From a virus (Duplodnaviria; Caudoviricetes): 54,755 nt of DNA. The translations under genes and the position numbers were made by a program. The stretch's first letter is position 1. Every line of letters begins with the position of its first letter. The stretch spans positions 1 to 54,755 of IMG/VR virus record IMGVR_UViG_3300025276_000039. One strand, given 5' to 3'. This document shows positions 1 to 10,308 of the stretch, piece after piece. The notes beneath the pieces were generated by a model. The model ran no database searches. It saw nothing but the letters and a program-made list of their open reading frames with translations, and was not told the DNA's origin.

Positions 1-389
1 TCCCCATCTATTGTAGAGGTAGTATCTAACTATAACCCATCTATGGTCAAAGTATATGAGGCGGTAAGTTTAGAGGGAAATAATAAAGATTGGACTGCGG
101 AGATAACCAACACGGATCAAACAAGTGCTCTGGCTAATTCTATATGGCAAGAGAAAGAAGGTTTTTATTACGCACCAATCCATCAAGACTCTAATAACAC
201 GGTATCTTACACAGCAACAGCGGACATCACTAAAGTAAATGGAACATCAGAGGTCTTTTCCCTAGGGGTTGTAGACTCAACGAGTACGAATGTAATAACA
301 TTTAAAAACGCTATAAACAATATGTCCTTTCCACTAGGAAATAGTACGGCTTTGTTTAAAGTAGACACCTCTTCAAAGGCATTAGTACC
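1..389. repeat. Direct terminal repeat / circular overlap, left copy
   Basis: 1..389 aligns to 54367..54755 with substitutions at 95, 102, 135, 261 and 267. Confidence 0.97.
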
Positions 390-630
390 TCTTGTTTTAT
401 TTGCGTCTTCTGTATCAGGAAGAACTACTCTGGTTTGTAACGGTACCGTATCGGGAGTTATTCAAAATGACACGATAGTATTAATAGGAAATTCTCCTAT
501 TGAAGGTGATTCAATTAGGGACTATTATTTAAAAGCAAAGTTCAGTAATAGTATAACAACGCCTCACGAACTTTACGCAATAAACTTTATTTATTCTAAG
601 TCTAACCTACACAACCAGCAAGGTCAGTGA
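1..630 (+). CDS. C-terminal end of the tail nozzle/stabilisation protein (continues 49930..54755 across the origin)
   Basis: Track ORF 43..630 corresponds to 54409 in the right repeat copy, the same frame as ATG 49930. Confidence 0.9.
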   Translation, partial: SPSIVEVVSNYNPSMVKVYEAVSLEGNNKDWTAEITNTDQTSALANSIWQEKEGFYYAPIHQDSNNTVSYTATADITKVNGTSEVFSLGVVDSTSTNVITFKNAINNMSFPLGNSTALFKVDTSSKALVPLVLFASSVSGRTTLVCNGTVSGVIQNDTIVLIGNSPIEGDSIRDYYLKAKFSNSITTPHELYAINFIYSKSNLHNQQGQ

Positions 631-637
631 TAATCAG

Positions 638-645
638 TACTTTTG
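638..645 (+). promoter_or_regulatory. Bacteroidota-type -7 promoter element TACTTTTG
   Basis: TAnnTTTG match 4 nt before ATG 650; the transcript would be nearly leaderless. Confidence 0.6.
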
Positions 646-649
646 TATT

Positions 650-2137
650 ATGAACAATGTTAAGAAATTTTGGGTCGGAGGAGCCTTGAACATGGCAGCA
701 GGGGCTTATGGCGCAATTGCTGGAGGCATTCAAGAAAGAAACGCAAAAAAGAAAATGGCTATGGCTGCTGAAGAGGCGGCCAGTCCTATTAGAAGTCAAG
801 CCGCTAGGCAAAGAGTAGCGAGACAAGAGGGTGACGCACAGGCTTCTATAGACTCAGCACTTAGGGCAGAGGCAACAGCGGCTCAGCAACTCGCTCAATC
901 TGGTGGGTCTAGGGCGTTGGCAGGAAGAACGGCTAGTCTTCAAAGGGCAACCGGTATGTCTACTGATAGAGCCTTAAAACAATTTGGAGACTATGGTGCA
1001 CAATTATCTGCTGCCCAAGACGCGTCTCAAGTCAATCAAATAAACCAAAGACTAGGAGGTAATCTAACTAGACTTCAACGTGCTGCTGATGCCGGTCGTG
1101 CTCAAACCTATGGTGGTATAGCACAAGGTCTTGGTGGACTTGCACAAGTAGCGGGTAGCCTATCAAAGAAAAAGAAGGATAATAATACTGATGTGTCTGG
1201 CAACTCTTTGTTGGGTGATCAAACAGATTCATCTTTAGAGGTTAGCAATATGGCAGAGGGTGTTCCTGGAATTGGTAGTAATAAGAATGCTAATCAAATT
1301 GGTAGTTTTGATATTACCGGAGGAAGAACTCAAACTGTTCAGGACCTAAGAGGTGGTAGTTTTGATATTACCGGAGGAAGAACTCAAACTGTTCAAGATT
1401 TAAGAGGCGCTACGCCTGGAATGAATAGGGCCGCACAGATGATGAGTGAAATAACCCCTCCTCGATCTCCACCTGATCTAAACTTTACAAGTATTACACA
1501 AGAACCTTACGTTCCTCAGATGTTAGAAGAAACTGCCTTCGAGGATTTATCTATTGGAGGGGCAGCATTTAAGGAGAACTTAACAACTCTTCCTGAAATG
1601 GATCTCATAGACTCATCTCTACCTAGAAACACTTTTACCTCAGATAATATAGTTTTAAATCCCGATGGAGGTTATGACTATGTTCGTGAAGGAGGGGAAA
1701 GAAGATTTCCCCAATTAATTAGTCGTTCGCCAAAATATGCAGCGGCAGCAGATCAATCCGTTCAAGACGTTATGATTCCTTTTGATGAGGCTGTAGAAGA
1801 AGAGTTCATGTACGACAGAGGAGGTATGCAACCCACGTCATCAGACGAAGAGGTTGATGCACTAAAGGCTATGCTCAACATGGTCTCTACTATTAAAAAA
1901 GAAGTTAGCCCCAGTGACTTAGAAGAAGAAGTAAGGGAAACGCCAGGAGAATTTGATCACGATGATAACCCTATTGATATCGTTCAAGGAGAAGAGAAGA
2001 TTGGAGAGATGACTGGAGGCGAATATATATTTAATCCGGAACAAGCAGAGATGCTTAAGCAATTATCCAACGAAGGAGACAGTGAACTGCACGAGTTCAT
2101 ACGTAACTTGTTAAGTAAAGAACAATTTAATGGCTGA
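650..2137 (+). CDS. Putative internal virion/ejection (cargo) protein
   Basis: Ala/Gly/Gln-rich helical N-terminus, acidic C-terminus with GEMTGGEYIFNPEQ; first gene after the nozzle gene. Confidence 0.65.
   Translation: MNNVKKFWVGGALNMAAGAYGAIAGGIQERNAKKKMAMAAEEAASPIRSQAARQRVARQEGDAQASIDSALRAEATAAQQLAQSGGSRALAGRTASLQRATGMSTDRALKQFGDYGAQLSAAQDASQVNQINQRLGGNLTRLQRAADAGRAQTYGGIAQGLGGLAQVAGSLSKKKKDNNTDVSGNSLLGDQTDSSLEVSNMAEGVPGIGSNKNANQIGSFDITGGRTQTVQDLRGGSFDITGGRTQTVQDLRGATPGMNRAAQMMSEITPPRSPPDLNFTSITQEPYVPQMLEETAFEDLSIGGAAFKENLTTLPEMDLIDSSLPRNTFTSDNIVLNPDGGYDYVREGGERRFPQLISRSPKYAAAADQSVQDVMIPFDEAVEEEFMYDRGGMQPTSSDEEVDALKAMLNMVSTIKKEVSPSDLEEEVRETPGEFDHDDNPIDIVQGEEKIGEMTGGEYIFNPEQAEMLKQLSNEGDSELHEFIRNLLSKEQFNG
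1301..1408 (+). repeat. 54-bp tandem duplication (GSFDITGGRTQTVQDLRG x2)
   Basis: 1301..1354 and 1355..1408 differ only at synonymous sites. Confidence 0.95.
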
Positions 2138-4124
2138 TACTAGATTTTTTCAATCAACAGCGAGTATGCCCCAGGTAGACTTTGGTGCTATCTACGATAA
2201 CGCTGTTGCTAAAAGAGAGGCACAAGAAAATAGGGAACTAGAGTACATGGACTCTTTTAAAAAGGTAAGGGGAGCATTGACCCCAGGTCTTAAGGACTTA
2301 GGTCAAGGTTATTTCAACAAGATCCAGGACAGTCTTAATGAGGGGGACATGTCCGTAGATGCTAGAAGATATAGGACAGATCTTTACAATCAGTATCAAG
2401 ATGTAATGTCTAGTGGACTTCAGTATACACAGGAGTTAAACAAACGCGAGGCTCGAATTCTTTCTGACCCTTCTAAATATAATAGCCCTGATGTATTGAT
2501 TGCTGATCTAGATGATCTTAGAAATACTGACATCACAGATCTTTCTCAATTAGACAATCAACTCGCTACCCTTCCTCAATTAAATAAATACAAAAGATTT
2601 AATGTTCCCACCGCTAATGTGATGGATATATCTAGTGAGTTTAAAAGGACAGTAAATGAGAATCTGTTTAGGGACCAGGACACAGGTATAATTGATCTTG
2701 ATAAATTAAAATCTACACAGGCTACATTTCTACAAACAAGGAATCTAGATACTGAGGATCTGGAAGGGGTATATGCTGCGGCATTATCTCATCAGGGTCT
2801 TTTAACTAATACAGCGTCAGATATTGGATTGATCAGAGAGTATGCTAAGGATCCAGAAAAAGCAAAAGGCTTAATAGAATACTATGGAGATCTTTTCGGT
2901 GCTACCTACAGGTCTCAAGTAGAAATGGATGAAAGAACAGCGGCAGAAAACAAAGCAAAACAAAAAGCGCTAGCCGATGCAGAAAGTGTTTTTGGTTATC
3001 AAGTACCTGAGAACAATACTATTCCCCTTACTCCTGCAAGAACACTGAAAAAAGGCACAAACTTTGTCGATACAAAAGTTAAAGCACCTAGGGGGTTTGC
3101 AAACAATATAGCGTTCATTACAAACATAAAAGGTAATAGTCCTGCTTACGAGGACGACAAAGGTGTTAAGAAAACTATTGAAAGTATAGGTTTAGATACA
3201 GAAGGAAATTCTATTGTAAAAATAACGTATGATCAGAAGATCGAGACAAACAATTTTGATAAAGAAAACTATAAAGTAACGGAGGTTGTTCCTTGGGAAC
3301 AAATCAAAAATCAGGGTTGGAATAACGAGGGGCAAATTCAGAGAATAATAAACACATACGATGATATGCAGAACCGGTTTGCAAATCTAGATCCATCAAC
3401 CTTAGCCTCATTCCGACCACTAGATCCGAATGATCCTAGAAACAAACCAAGGCCAGGTGAAGTAATGGAGAGCGTGAGTGAGGAAGTAGTGAAGACTATA
3501 GACCCAGAAGAAACTCAAGTAAGGCCATTAGATCCTCGTATGCCAATGGATGTGAATGACCCTAATTATCAACCAACGAATCCAATAGGTGGGCCACAAT
3601 CAGCAATGGAACAAATATTTGGTGGACTTACAATGGATATTCCTAGCGTCAGTTCTCCCTCAGATAATACAAATCCTGATTTAAGTCCTGAACTTAGGGG
3701 GGCTTCTGAGGTTGAGGAAGAAACAGTAGTAACAACAGATCCATTACCAAGAAGAGAAGTAGAAGCCACTGAGGTAAGTGAGACAGAAGTGGTAGAGGAT
3801 GATGGCAAAGATCGTACTCTTGTTGATCGACAATACGAAGAGCAAGACAAGATTAAGGCGTTACCAAATACGGAAGAAGTTTACAACGATATACGGAATG
3901 TTTCTGAAATCGTAGAAGAATTGGACTCTGCTGTAGGTTTAGATTATGGGGATCAACCAGAGGTTAGTGTCACCATGATGACAACTGAAGCCTTACAAGA
4001 TTTAGTAGACCGAAAAGTAATTGATCTAGGAAAATATTCACCGGAAGAGTTTAAGGAATTAATCTCAACCTACATGGATGAGTATCCGTTGTTCTTTAAC
4101 GGAATGGAATTAGTTCAAGTTTAA
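2130..4124 (+). CDS. Putative internal virion/ejection protein
   Basis: 664 aa, helical N-half and acidic Pro-rich C-half; lies between two other cargo-like genes. Confidence 0.55.
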   Translation: MADTRFFQSTASMPQVDFGAIYDNAVAKREAQENRELEYMDSFKKVRGALTPGLKDLGQGYFNKIQDSLNEGDMSVDARRYRTDLYNQYQDVMSSGLQYTQELNKREARILSDPSKYNSPDVLIADLDDLRNTDITDLSQLDNQLATLPQLNKYKRFNVPTANVMDISSEFKRTVNENLFRDQDTGIIDLDKLKSTQATFLQTRNLDTEDLEGVYAAALSHQGLLTNTASDIGLIREYAKDPEKAKGLIEYYGDLFGATYRSQVEMDERTAAENKAKQKALADAESVFGYQVPENNTIPLTPARTLKKGTNFVDTKVKAPRGFANNIAFITNIKGNSPAYEDDKGVKKTIESIGLDTEGNSIVKITYDQKIETNNFDKENYKVTEVVPWEQIKNQGWNNEGQIQRIINTYDDMQNRFANLDPSTLASFRPLDPNDPRNKPRPGEVMESVSEEVVKTIDPEETQVRPLDPRMPMDVNDPNYQPTNPIGGPQSAMEQIFGGLTMDIPSVSSPSDNTNPDLSPELRGASEVEEETVVTTDPLPRREVEATEVSETEVVEDDGKDRTLVDRQYEEQDKIKALPNTEEVYNDIRNVSEIVEELDSAVGLDYGDQPEVSVTMMTTEALQDLVDRKVIDLGKYSPEEFKELISTYMDEYPLFFNGMELVQV

Positions 4125-4136
4125 AATTCATATAAG

Positions 4137-7100
4137 ATGACCGAAGGAGAATTAAAACAATTAGAGGCTGCATACAAGAATGATGTATCACTGGAACAGG
4201 TCAAGCAAGCCCTCATAGATGGTGGGCAAGAGCAAGGGATTCCACAAGTAGAGGATTTCTACAAAAAAAAAAAAGACTTTGGAGTCGAAGATTCAGTCTC
4301 AACCTCGGTCGATTCATACTCACTGTCCAACTTGCCAGTGTCGATCGCAGCCCAACAACTCCCCGATAACTTTGAAGAGCAGGCTGAAGCGAATCCTTCG
4401 CTGGCTAAGAGGAATGGAATAGTAGAGGATGTACTAGGTACGGTATCTGATGACCCTTCTGAGGGGAAGAGTACATGGATGATCGTAGATAAAAATCCAA
4501 ACGAGTTACAGCGGTTATGGAATAGAGGGAATTCAAGAGGTAGACTTGCTGCTGAGATGGCAGCAACATATCCCGACCTAGAAAATATAGCGTATTTTAA
4601 CGCTATCCTAAAAAGGGACGCACCTAAAGAATCAGATGTTTTAAAATTAAACCAGGACACTCATCCTATTGCTTCTTTCGTTTTAGACGTGGCAACCATG
4701 CTGCCTGAAAGTCTTTTCTCAAGTTTCTCTGCTCCTGAAATAACCATTCCTGCGGCACTAACCGGGGGCGCTGCTGGTTCTGTTATACCTTTCTTTGGGA
4801 CAGTAGGGGGTGCGCTGGCAGGTTTCTTTGGCACAGGATCAGGGGCCACGGAGTATACTGGATCTTTCTTTGAGGCACTACAAGAGTCAGGGGTAGATAT
4901 TACCGATGAGGATCAATTACGTGATGTTCTTTTTAAGCAGACTCCAGAGGGTGAGGCTAAACTTAAAGAGGCTAAAGAAAAAGGCTTGGAGAAAGGAATA
5001 CCTGTTGGTCTTCTTGATGGAATAACAGCGGGACGAGGTGGTCAGTTTATTAAGAGCGCCATGAAAAAAGGAACATCCTTGACCACAGCAACGGCTAAAG
5101 AGATTGGATTTGACTCAGCACTAGGTGCAGGAGGAGAGGCTATAGGAACCGCAGCCCAGGGCAAAGACATAAACATGAGAGAAGTATTGTTAGAGGCTGC
5201 CGCAGGCCCCTTCACAGGAGCGCCAGGGGCTATCTACAATTACTATGCTACGCAGGCACTTACTCCAGGTGAAAGAAACTATTCTAAGTGGGCAGGTACA
5301 CAAGATAGTGACATGCTAAATAAAAGTATGGCGGTGTCTTTAGCCGTTGACAATGGTCGCATTGGGATCCTTGACACTAAGATTAAAGACATTAAAAAAA
5401 CCTTAAAGAAACCGGATCAATCCAGAACAATTAAGAAGGCTCTTCAAAGAGATCTTAACCAACTCACTAATCAAAAGTATACTTCTCTTTTAGAAATACA
5501 ACAACAGTTAGTCGGGTTAGACGAAAAGATATTTGCTCAGGCATCAGAATTAACTCAAAGCATTTTTGAAAATGTCGCTGTACTTAGAGACAACAGAGAC
5601 AATAAAGACTTTGGCCCAACAGAAAAGGCCGCTGTAGAAAATCAGTTAGACGAACTAGGTACTGCTTTAACTAAATTAATTAATGAGAACGCAACCAGCC
5701 GACAAGCAACTGTATTTAGTGCAGGAAGTACAACGGAGGAGGAAGCATTACAGGAAAAATCTGGAGAACTAAAGAGCGAGGAAGTAACAGAAAAAATATA
5801 TAAAGATTTTATAGACACAGGCAATGTTTCAGAAGGAGTTATCTCTTCTATTGCAGATAAGTTTATAAATAATGAAGTTCTTACAGATCAAGAAAGGGCT
5901 ATTTATTCAGAAAAAGGTAGAGAAATTGAAGCAAAAATAAAGATAAAATCAGAAGAAAAAATAAACTCTACGGCTAGTAATATAATAAAAGATCGTCAAC
6001 CTAATAGAGACATAGAGGTTGATACACTAGAAGAGTCTAGGAATAGATTTAAAAACGATGGGTATCTAAATTTATTTGACCCTGGTGATATGGCTGTTTT
6101 ATTTGGGGAGATGGAAAACCTTAGCCCTGGAGATAGAGTAGAAGTACAGAAGATGATACTAGCATCTGAAGCATTCAAGTCTTTAAACCCTAATGCTGAT
6201 ACGTTTATAATTGGATTTACAGAGGACGGATATAAAAAAGGCGCTAAAGCCAGTGGTTTTGGAAACGTAGAGGGGACTGCTGGTGTTACTAGTACTACCA
6301 AAGCAGATGGAACTAGAGGAGTTGGTAATAAAATTATACAGTTATTAGGTAACAAAATTCAAAGAAAAAAATCAGATCGAATAGCATATAAGACGGCCTA
6401 TCATGAAGTCATGCACCAGGTCTTTGCTGATTATTTTGACTCTAATCCTGTAGATTTTAATCAGTTTAGAAAATTAATTGTTAATCGACTGAAGAGATCT
6501 GATGTTAAAGAACTGAATGAATTTGCGGAAAGATATAAGGAAAGATCCGGAGGCGCTTACAAGTCTGAAGAGTTCATGGTAGAGTTAGCCGCTAAGATAG
6601 GAGGGAGACAGATTGAATTTTCTCCTTCATTCTTAGAAGAAATAAGAGCATTTTTAAATAACATCATACGAAAGATTACTAATAATAGAGTACAGTTGTT
6701 TGAAGATGCTGGACTTGCAAAGGATATAGAAGGTTATCTTACTGGTGTTACTGAGGCTATACGTACCGGTTCCGATTTAAGAAAAGTAAAAACAGCGGAA
6801 AGATTAAAGTCCGATAGGTTTAAAAGAACTTCTGAAAGGGTGGATGTCAACATAGATCCTGAGACTCAAGAAGAAACATTTAGAGTTACTGAATCCAGAA
6901 ATGTAGAAGGACGACCTGATCCGGAGAGTTACGAGAGACAGAAAAATATACTTGAACCTATTACTGAATGGATAAGATCTAAGTCTAACATTACCTTAAA
7001 AGAGTTTGAGAAAAAACTAGGTACAAGATTAAGAGGAGCGGATAGAAAAGTAGTCCAGGCTCAAGAGGTTGCTACTTCTATGATTGAACCTATTAAGAAT

Positions 7101-9947
7101 CGTTTATATCTTGCTTCTCTTCGAATAAAAAAAGCCGTAAGTAAATTATCCCAGGAAGATCAAAAGCGGATATTAGATTTGACAAACGAATACTATTTTT
7201 CTAAGAGTAGTGAGGCACAAACTAAAGCGCTTCAAGAAATTATACTTGATAATGAAAATATAGCACAGGACATTCAGTTACTTAAATTTCTACTTGAGGA
7301 TCAACAAAAGAAAATCCTGAACAATCCTGCTTTTGATTCCTTAAGTGAGGACTTATTGCAAACAATTAAGGATAGCGTGGGTGAATATGGTGTTCGATCA
7401 TATAGAATATTTACAGACCCTAATTTTAAAATAGATCCTGAACAGCGAAAGATTGCTAAAGAAGATTTAATACAACAAAAATTGTTTGAACTTCGAGAAA
7501 AAATATTAGATGGTGACGAGGAGGCGATAGCAGCAATCAGGGAATATTTTGAAACTGACCCGAATCTAAAAGAGATTATGGATCAAATAGAGATTGATCC
7601 TACAGGTGAATTTGATACTGTAGGGGCAATTGCCATTACCGAATATCTTAATAGTAATGAGGTAAAAAAATCTATACAGCGAGATGTAAATAGGACCTTA
7701 AAATATTACGATGATGTTGCAAACAATAGGGCCAAAATAAAAAAAGGATATACTGGGGATCCTGATATGGCTCAGGTTCGAGTTAAGGGTAAGAACTTAA
7801 TGAGAAGACAAGATCTTCCTGAGTCATTAAGAAAGATGATGGGCGAGGAAGATAACGCGTATGTTAGAATGGTGACCTCTGTTACTAACATAGCACAGAT
7901 GAACGCAAACTTTACGATGATATATAAATTGAATGAGATATCTCGTGAAAGCGGAATGGGTCCTATGATATTGCGTCCTATGGAGTATAGTCCTATGAGG
8001 CAAGTATCGAATAATCCAGAAATAGTTTTAACTCCAGATAATTTAACAGGTTTTGCAATAACCTTAGGCTTAATTGATTCTGACATGAACGTACAGGATC
8101 TCATGAAGCAACAAGGATTTAAAGATATCAGACAGGCTCAAGATTTTATCCTTGATTTTTTCCAAGATAACTATACAGTTGTAAACGACAAGAGATCTCC
8201 CATGGATGGTAAGGCTGTCTCAAATGAATTCTTGAGCATGGTTAAACAAACACCTATGTATCAGGCAAATGGTGATGATTTAAAAAGCAACCTTCTGCAA
8301 GGTTATTATAATACTTTATTACAAATGCGAAAGGTTAGGGTGCTTTACAACCTACCTACCTGGAGAAAGAATATAATGGGGGGATGGTACTTCCTTGGCG
8401 CTAACGGTATTTTTGGTTACAACCAGCAGCGAGGTGGGTTTACTGTAATGAAGGATCTTAAAAACAGATTAAAGAAAATCAAAACTGGAGAGACTGATCC
8501 TGAAATAGAGGTGTTGCTTGAGAAGGTTGGTGAGTTAGGCTTGCTCGGTGCTTCTTTAAACGCGGCCTTAGTAGGAGACATAAACGACTCGTATTATGAC
8601 ATGGGATCTGGAGGAGATCCTAATACTGCATGGGCTTGGTTGCCTAAGTACCTTCAAGAAACACAAAAAAAATTAGGCACTAAGTCTTCTCGTATTGCTT
8701 ATCAGTATGGTTTTATAGATGACTATACAAAACTTATTGCTTACCTATCTAAAAGAGAAAACTTTGCCAAACGATTAACATCTAACCCTGAAGGTAAATC
8801 ATACAGCGAATTAACTGCCCCTCAACAGCAGGAAGTAGACATCGCTGTAGTGGAAAGGATCAAACAAAATTTTCCTACCATGTCTAGGATTAGTCCAATG
8901 TTTAGGAATATAATGTCGTTACCATTCGGAGACTTCTTATCATTTCGAGTAGAAGCATTTCGAAGTTTCTTTTCAATCTATTTAAATGCAATCAACGATC
9001 TAAAGGAAGGTATAAGTAATAACAACCTTACGGAATCACAACGTAATGCTTTTATGCTTGATGGATTTAGATCTTTATCTATGGGTATAGCGATGTCAAC
9101 AATGTCTGCGTCAGGATATAAATTTATTCTTAACCAATTCTTGGATGACGAAGAAGATATAGAATTGTCAGATGATGTAAGGGGTGTTAACTATGTTCTT
9201 CCTCCTTGGATGGTGGGTTCTAATATCATGCCAGTATCCATGAAGGAAGATGGAACTATGAGGTTTATAAATATAAGTTCTGAAGATCCTTATGATGAAA
9301 TGCAAGGGCTTATTTACGGTAGAAAAGGAATTTCTAGGAGCGAAAGTTTAATCTCTATAGGCAGGGATTTTTCAGATCCTAACCTTGCTGTTAGTTTATT
9401 AACTAATCTTATTAAAGGTCAGAACTCCTATGGTGCACCTATAGTTCGTAATCAGGATGCAACATGGTTTAACAGATGGATCATAGGTAGTACTCTAAGT
9501 GATTGGTCAAGTGCTTATGGGTCTTATATATTTAAAGAAATGTTTATCCCACCAAACATTAACTACGTATCGAAACAGGTTCGTAAACGACTCAAGGAAG
9601 CAGAAGAAAACCCTGATGCACAATTAGACCCTATCTCAACAGCGTTACAACTAGGCACATCCCTTGTATTTAGAGACTACCCTGTTAATATTGGCAAACA
9701 GTTTTATTATAACCTAGAGGATCAAAACTTTTTTACTCCGTATTCGGATTTATCTAAACGAGAAAAGTTCAACAGAAAAGTTAGGCTTAATGAAATCAAA
9801 ACAGCATATGATTTTATAAGAAGATATGGAAATAAAAATAATAACGTGGATATAATTCGATCGGCTTCCAGGAGTATAAAAAATAAATTTAGAAAGAGCA
9901 GAGCAGAGCAGTTGTATCTCCTGTATGATATGGATTTGCCAGAATAA
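4137..9947 (+). CDS. Large ejection/polyvalent protein with zincin-like metallopeptidase motif
   Basis: 1936 aa; Gly/Ala-rich hydrophobic stretch (aa ~200-370); TAYHEVMHQ (HExxH) followed by SEEFMVE. Confidence 0.75.
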   Translation: MTEGELKQLEAAYKNDVSLEQVKQALIDGGQEQGIPQVEDFYKKKKDFGVEDSVSTSVDSYSLSNLPVSIAAQQLPDNFEEQAEANPSLAKRNGIVEDVLGTVSDDPSEGKSTWMIVDKNPNELQRLWNRGNSRGRLAAEMAATYPDLENIAYFNAILKRDAPKESDVLKLNQDTHPIASFVLDVATMLPESLFSSFSAPEITIPAALTGGAAGSVIPFFGTVGGALAGFFGTGSGATEYTGSFFEALQESGVDITDEDQLRDVLFKQTPEGEAKLKEAKEKGLEKGIPVGLLDGITAGRGGQFIKSAMKKGTSLTTATAKEIGFDSALGAGGEAIGTAAQGKDINMREVLLEAAAGPFTGAPGAIYNYYATQALTPGERNYSKWAGTQDSDMLNKSMAVSLAVDNGRIGILDTKIKDIKKTLKKPDQSRTIKKALQRDLNQLTNQKYTSLLEIQQQLVGLDEKIFAQASELTQSIFENVAVLRDNRDNKDFGPTEKAAVENQLDELGTALTKLINENATSRQATVFSAGSTTEEEALQEKSGELKSEEVTEKIYKDFIDTGNVSEGVISSIADKFINNEVLTDQERAIYSEKGREIEAKIKIKSEEKINSTASNIIKDRQPNRDIEVDTLEESRNRFKNDGYLNLFDPGDMAVLFGEMENLSPGDRVEVQKMILASEAFKSLNPNADTFIIGFTEDGYKKGAKASGFGNVEGTAGVTSTTKADGTRGVGNKIIQLLGNKIQRKKSDRIAYKTAYHEVMHQVFADYFDSNPVDFNQFRKLIVNRLKRSDVKELNEFAERYKERSGGAYKSEEFMVELAAKIGGRQIEFSPSFLEEIRAFLNNIIRKITNNRVQLFEDAGLAKDIEGYLTGVTEAIRTGSDLRKVKTAERLKSDRFKRTSERVDVNIDPETQEETFRVTESRNVEGRPDPESYERQKNILEPITEWIRSKSNITLKEFEKKLGTRLRGADRKVVQAQEVATSMIEPIKNRLYLASLRIKKAVSKLSQEDQKRILDLTNEYYFSKSSEAQTKALQEIILDNENIAQDIQLLKFLLEDQQKKILNNPAFDSLSEDLLQTIKDSVGEYGVRSYRIFTDPNFKIDPEQRKIAKEDLIQQKLFELREKILDGDEEAIAAIREYFETDPNLKEIMDQIEIDPTGEFDTVGAIAITEYLNSNEVKKSIQRDVNRTLKYYDDVANNRAKIKKGYTGDPDMAQVRVKGKNLMRRQDLPESLRKMMGEEDNAYVRMVTSVTNIAQMNANFTMIYKLNEISRESGMGPMILRPMEYSPMRQVSNNPEIVLTPDNLTGFAITLGLIDSDMNVQDLMKQQGFKDIRQAQDFILDFFQDNYTVVNDKRSPMDGKAVSNEFLSMVKQTPMYQANGDDLKSNLLQGYYNTLLQMRKVRVLYNLPTWRKNIMGGWYFLGANGIFGYNQQRGGFTVMKDLKNRLKKIKTGETDPEIEVLLEKVGELGLLGASLNAALVGDINDSYYDMGSGGDPNTAWAWLPKYLQETQKKLGTKSSRIAYQYGFIDDYTKLIAYLSKRENFAKRLTSNPEGKSYSELTAPQQQEVDIAVVERIKQNFPTMSRISPMFRNIMSLPFGDFLSFRVEAFRSFFSIYLNAINDLKEGISNNNLTESQRNAFMLDGFRSLSMGIAMSTMSASGYKFILNQFLDDEEDIELSDDVRGVNYVLPPWMVGSNIMPVSMKEDGTMRFINISSEDPYDEMQGLIYGRKGISRSESLISIGRDFSDPNLAVSLLTNLIKGQNSYGAPIVRNQDATWFNRWIIGSTLSDWSSAYGSYIFKEMFIPPNINYVSKQVRKRLKEAEENPDAQLDPISTALQLGTSLVFRDYPVNIGKQFYYNLEDQNFFTPYSDLSKREKFNRKVRLNEIKTAYDFIRRYGNKNNNVDIIRSASRSIKNKFRKSRAEQLYLLYDMDLPE

Positions 9948-9977
9948 TTCAGATAATTATTTTTAATTAAATGGTAA

Positions 9978-9985
9978 TACCTTTG
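9978..9985 (+). promoter_or_regulatory. -7 promoter element TACCTTTG
   Basis: Intergenic TAnnTTTG upstream of ATG 10003. Confidence 0.7.
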
Positions 9986-10002
9986 CAGTATACAAACCAT
10001 TT

Positions 10003-10308
10003 ATGAAAAGAAGATCCCCTATAGATATGTTAGATACGTTTGGAGAAGATAGAGTTCTTGGTATTAGTATCAAGTCCCTCATTGCGATAGGGATGACTAT
10101 AGCGATGGCGGTATCAGGTTATTCAATGATAAAGCGGGACATCGAACTGGCTAAGGTCTTACCCAAAAGCCCGGTATCAGCCCAGCAATTCGAGTTGCAA
10201 ACAGAGATCATTGAGAATGCTATCCTTGGAACGCAACAAGACATCAATGCCATAAACAGTAGCCTTAAAAAAATTGACGAGCGTCTTTATAATTTATCTC
10301 GGAAATGA
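10003..10308 (+). CDS. Single-TM plus coiled-coil protein (holin/antiholin-like)
   Basis: One N-terminal hydrophobic helix then coiled coil; coupled to the spanin-like gene. Confidence 0.45.
   Translation: MKRRSPIDMLDTFGEDRVLGISIKSLIAIGMTIAMAVSGYSMIKRDIELAKVLPKSPVSAQQFELQTEIIENAILGTQQDINAINSSLKKIDERLYNLSRK

Noticed and set aside
602-10000. Minus-strand ORFs opposite the ejection genes
   Set aside because: Antisense shadows of long + strand genes, with no promoter or coupling support.
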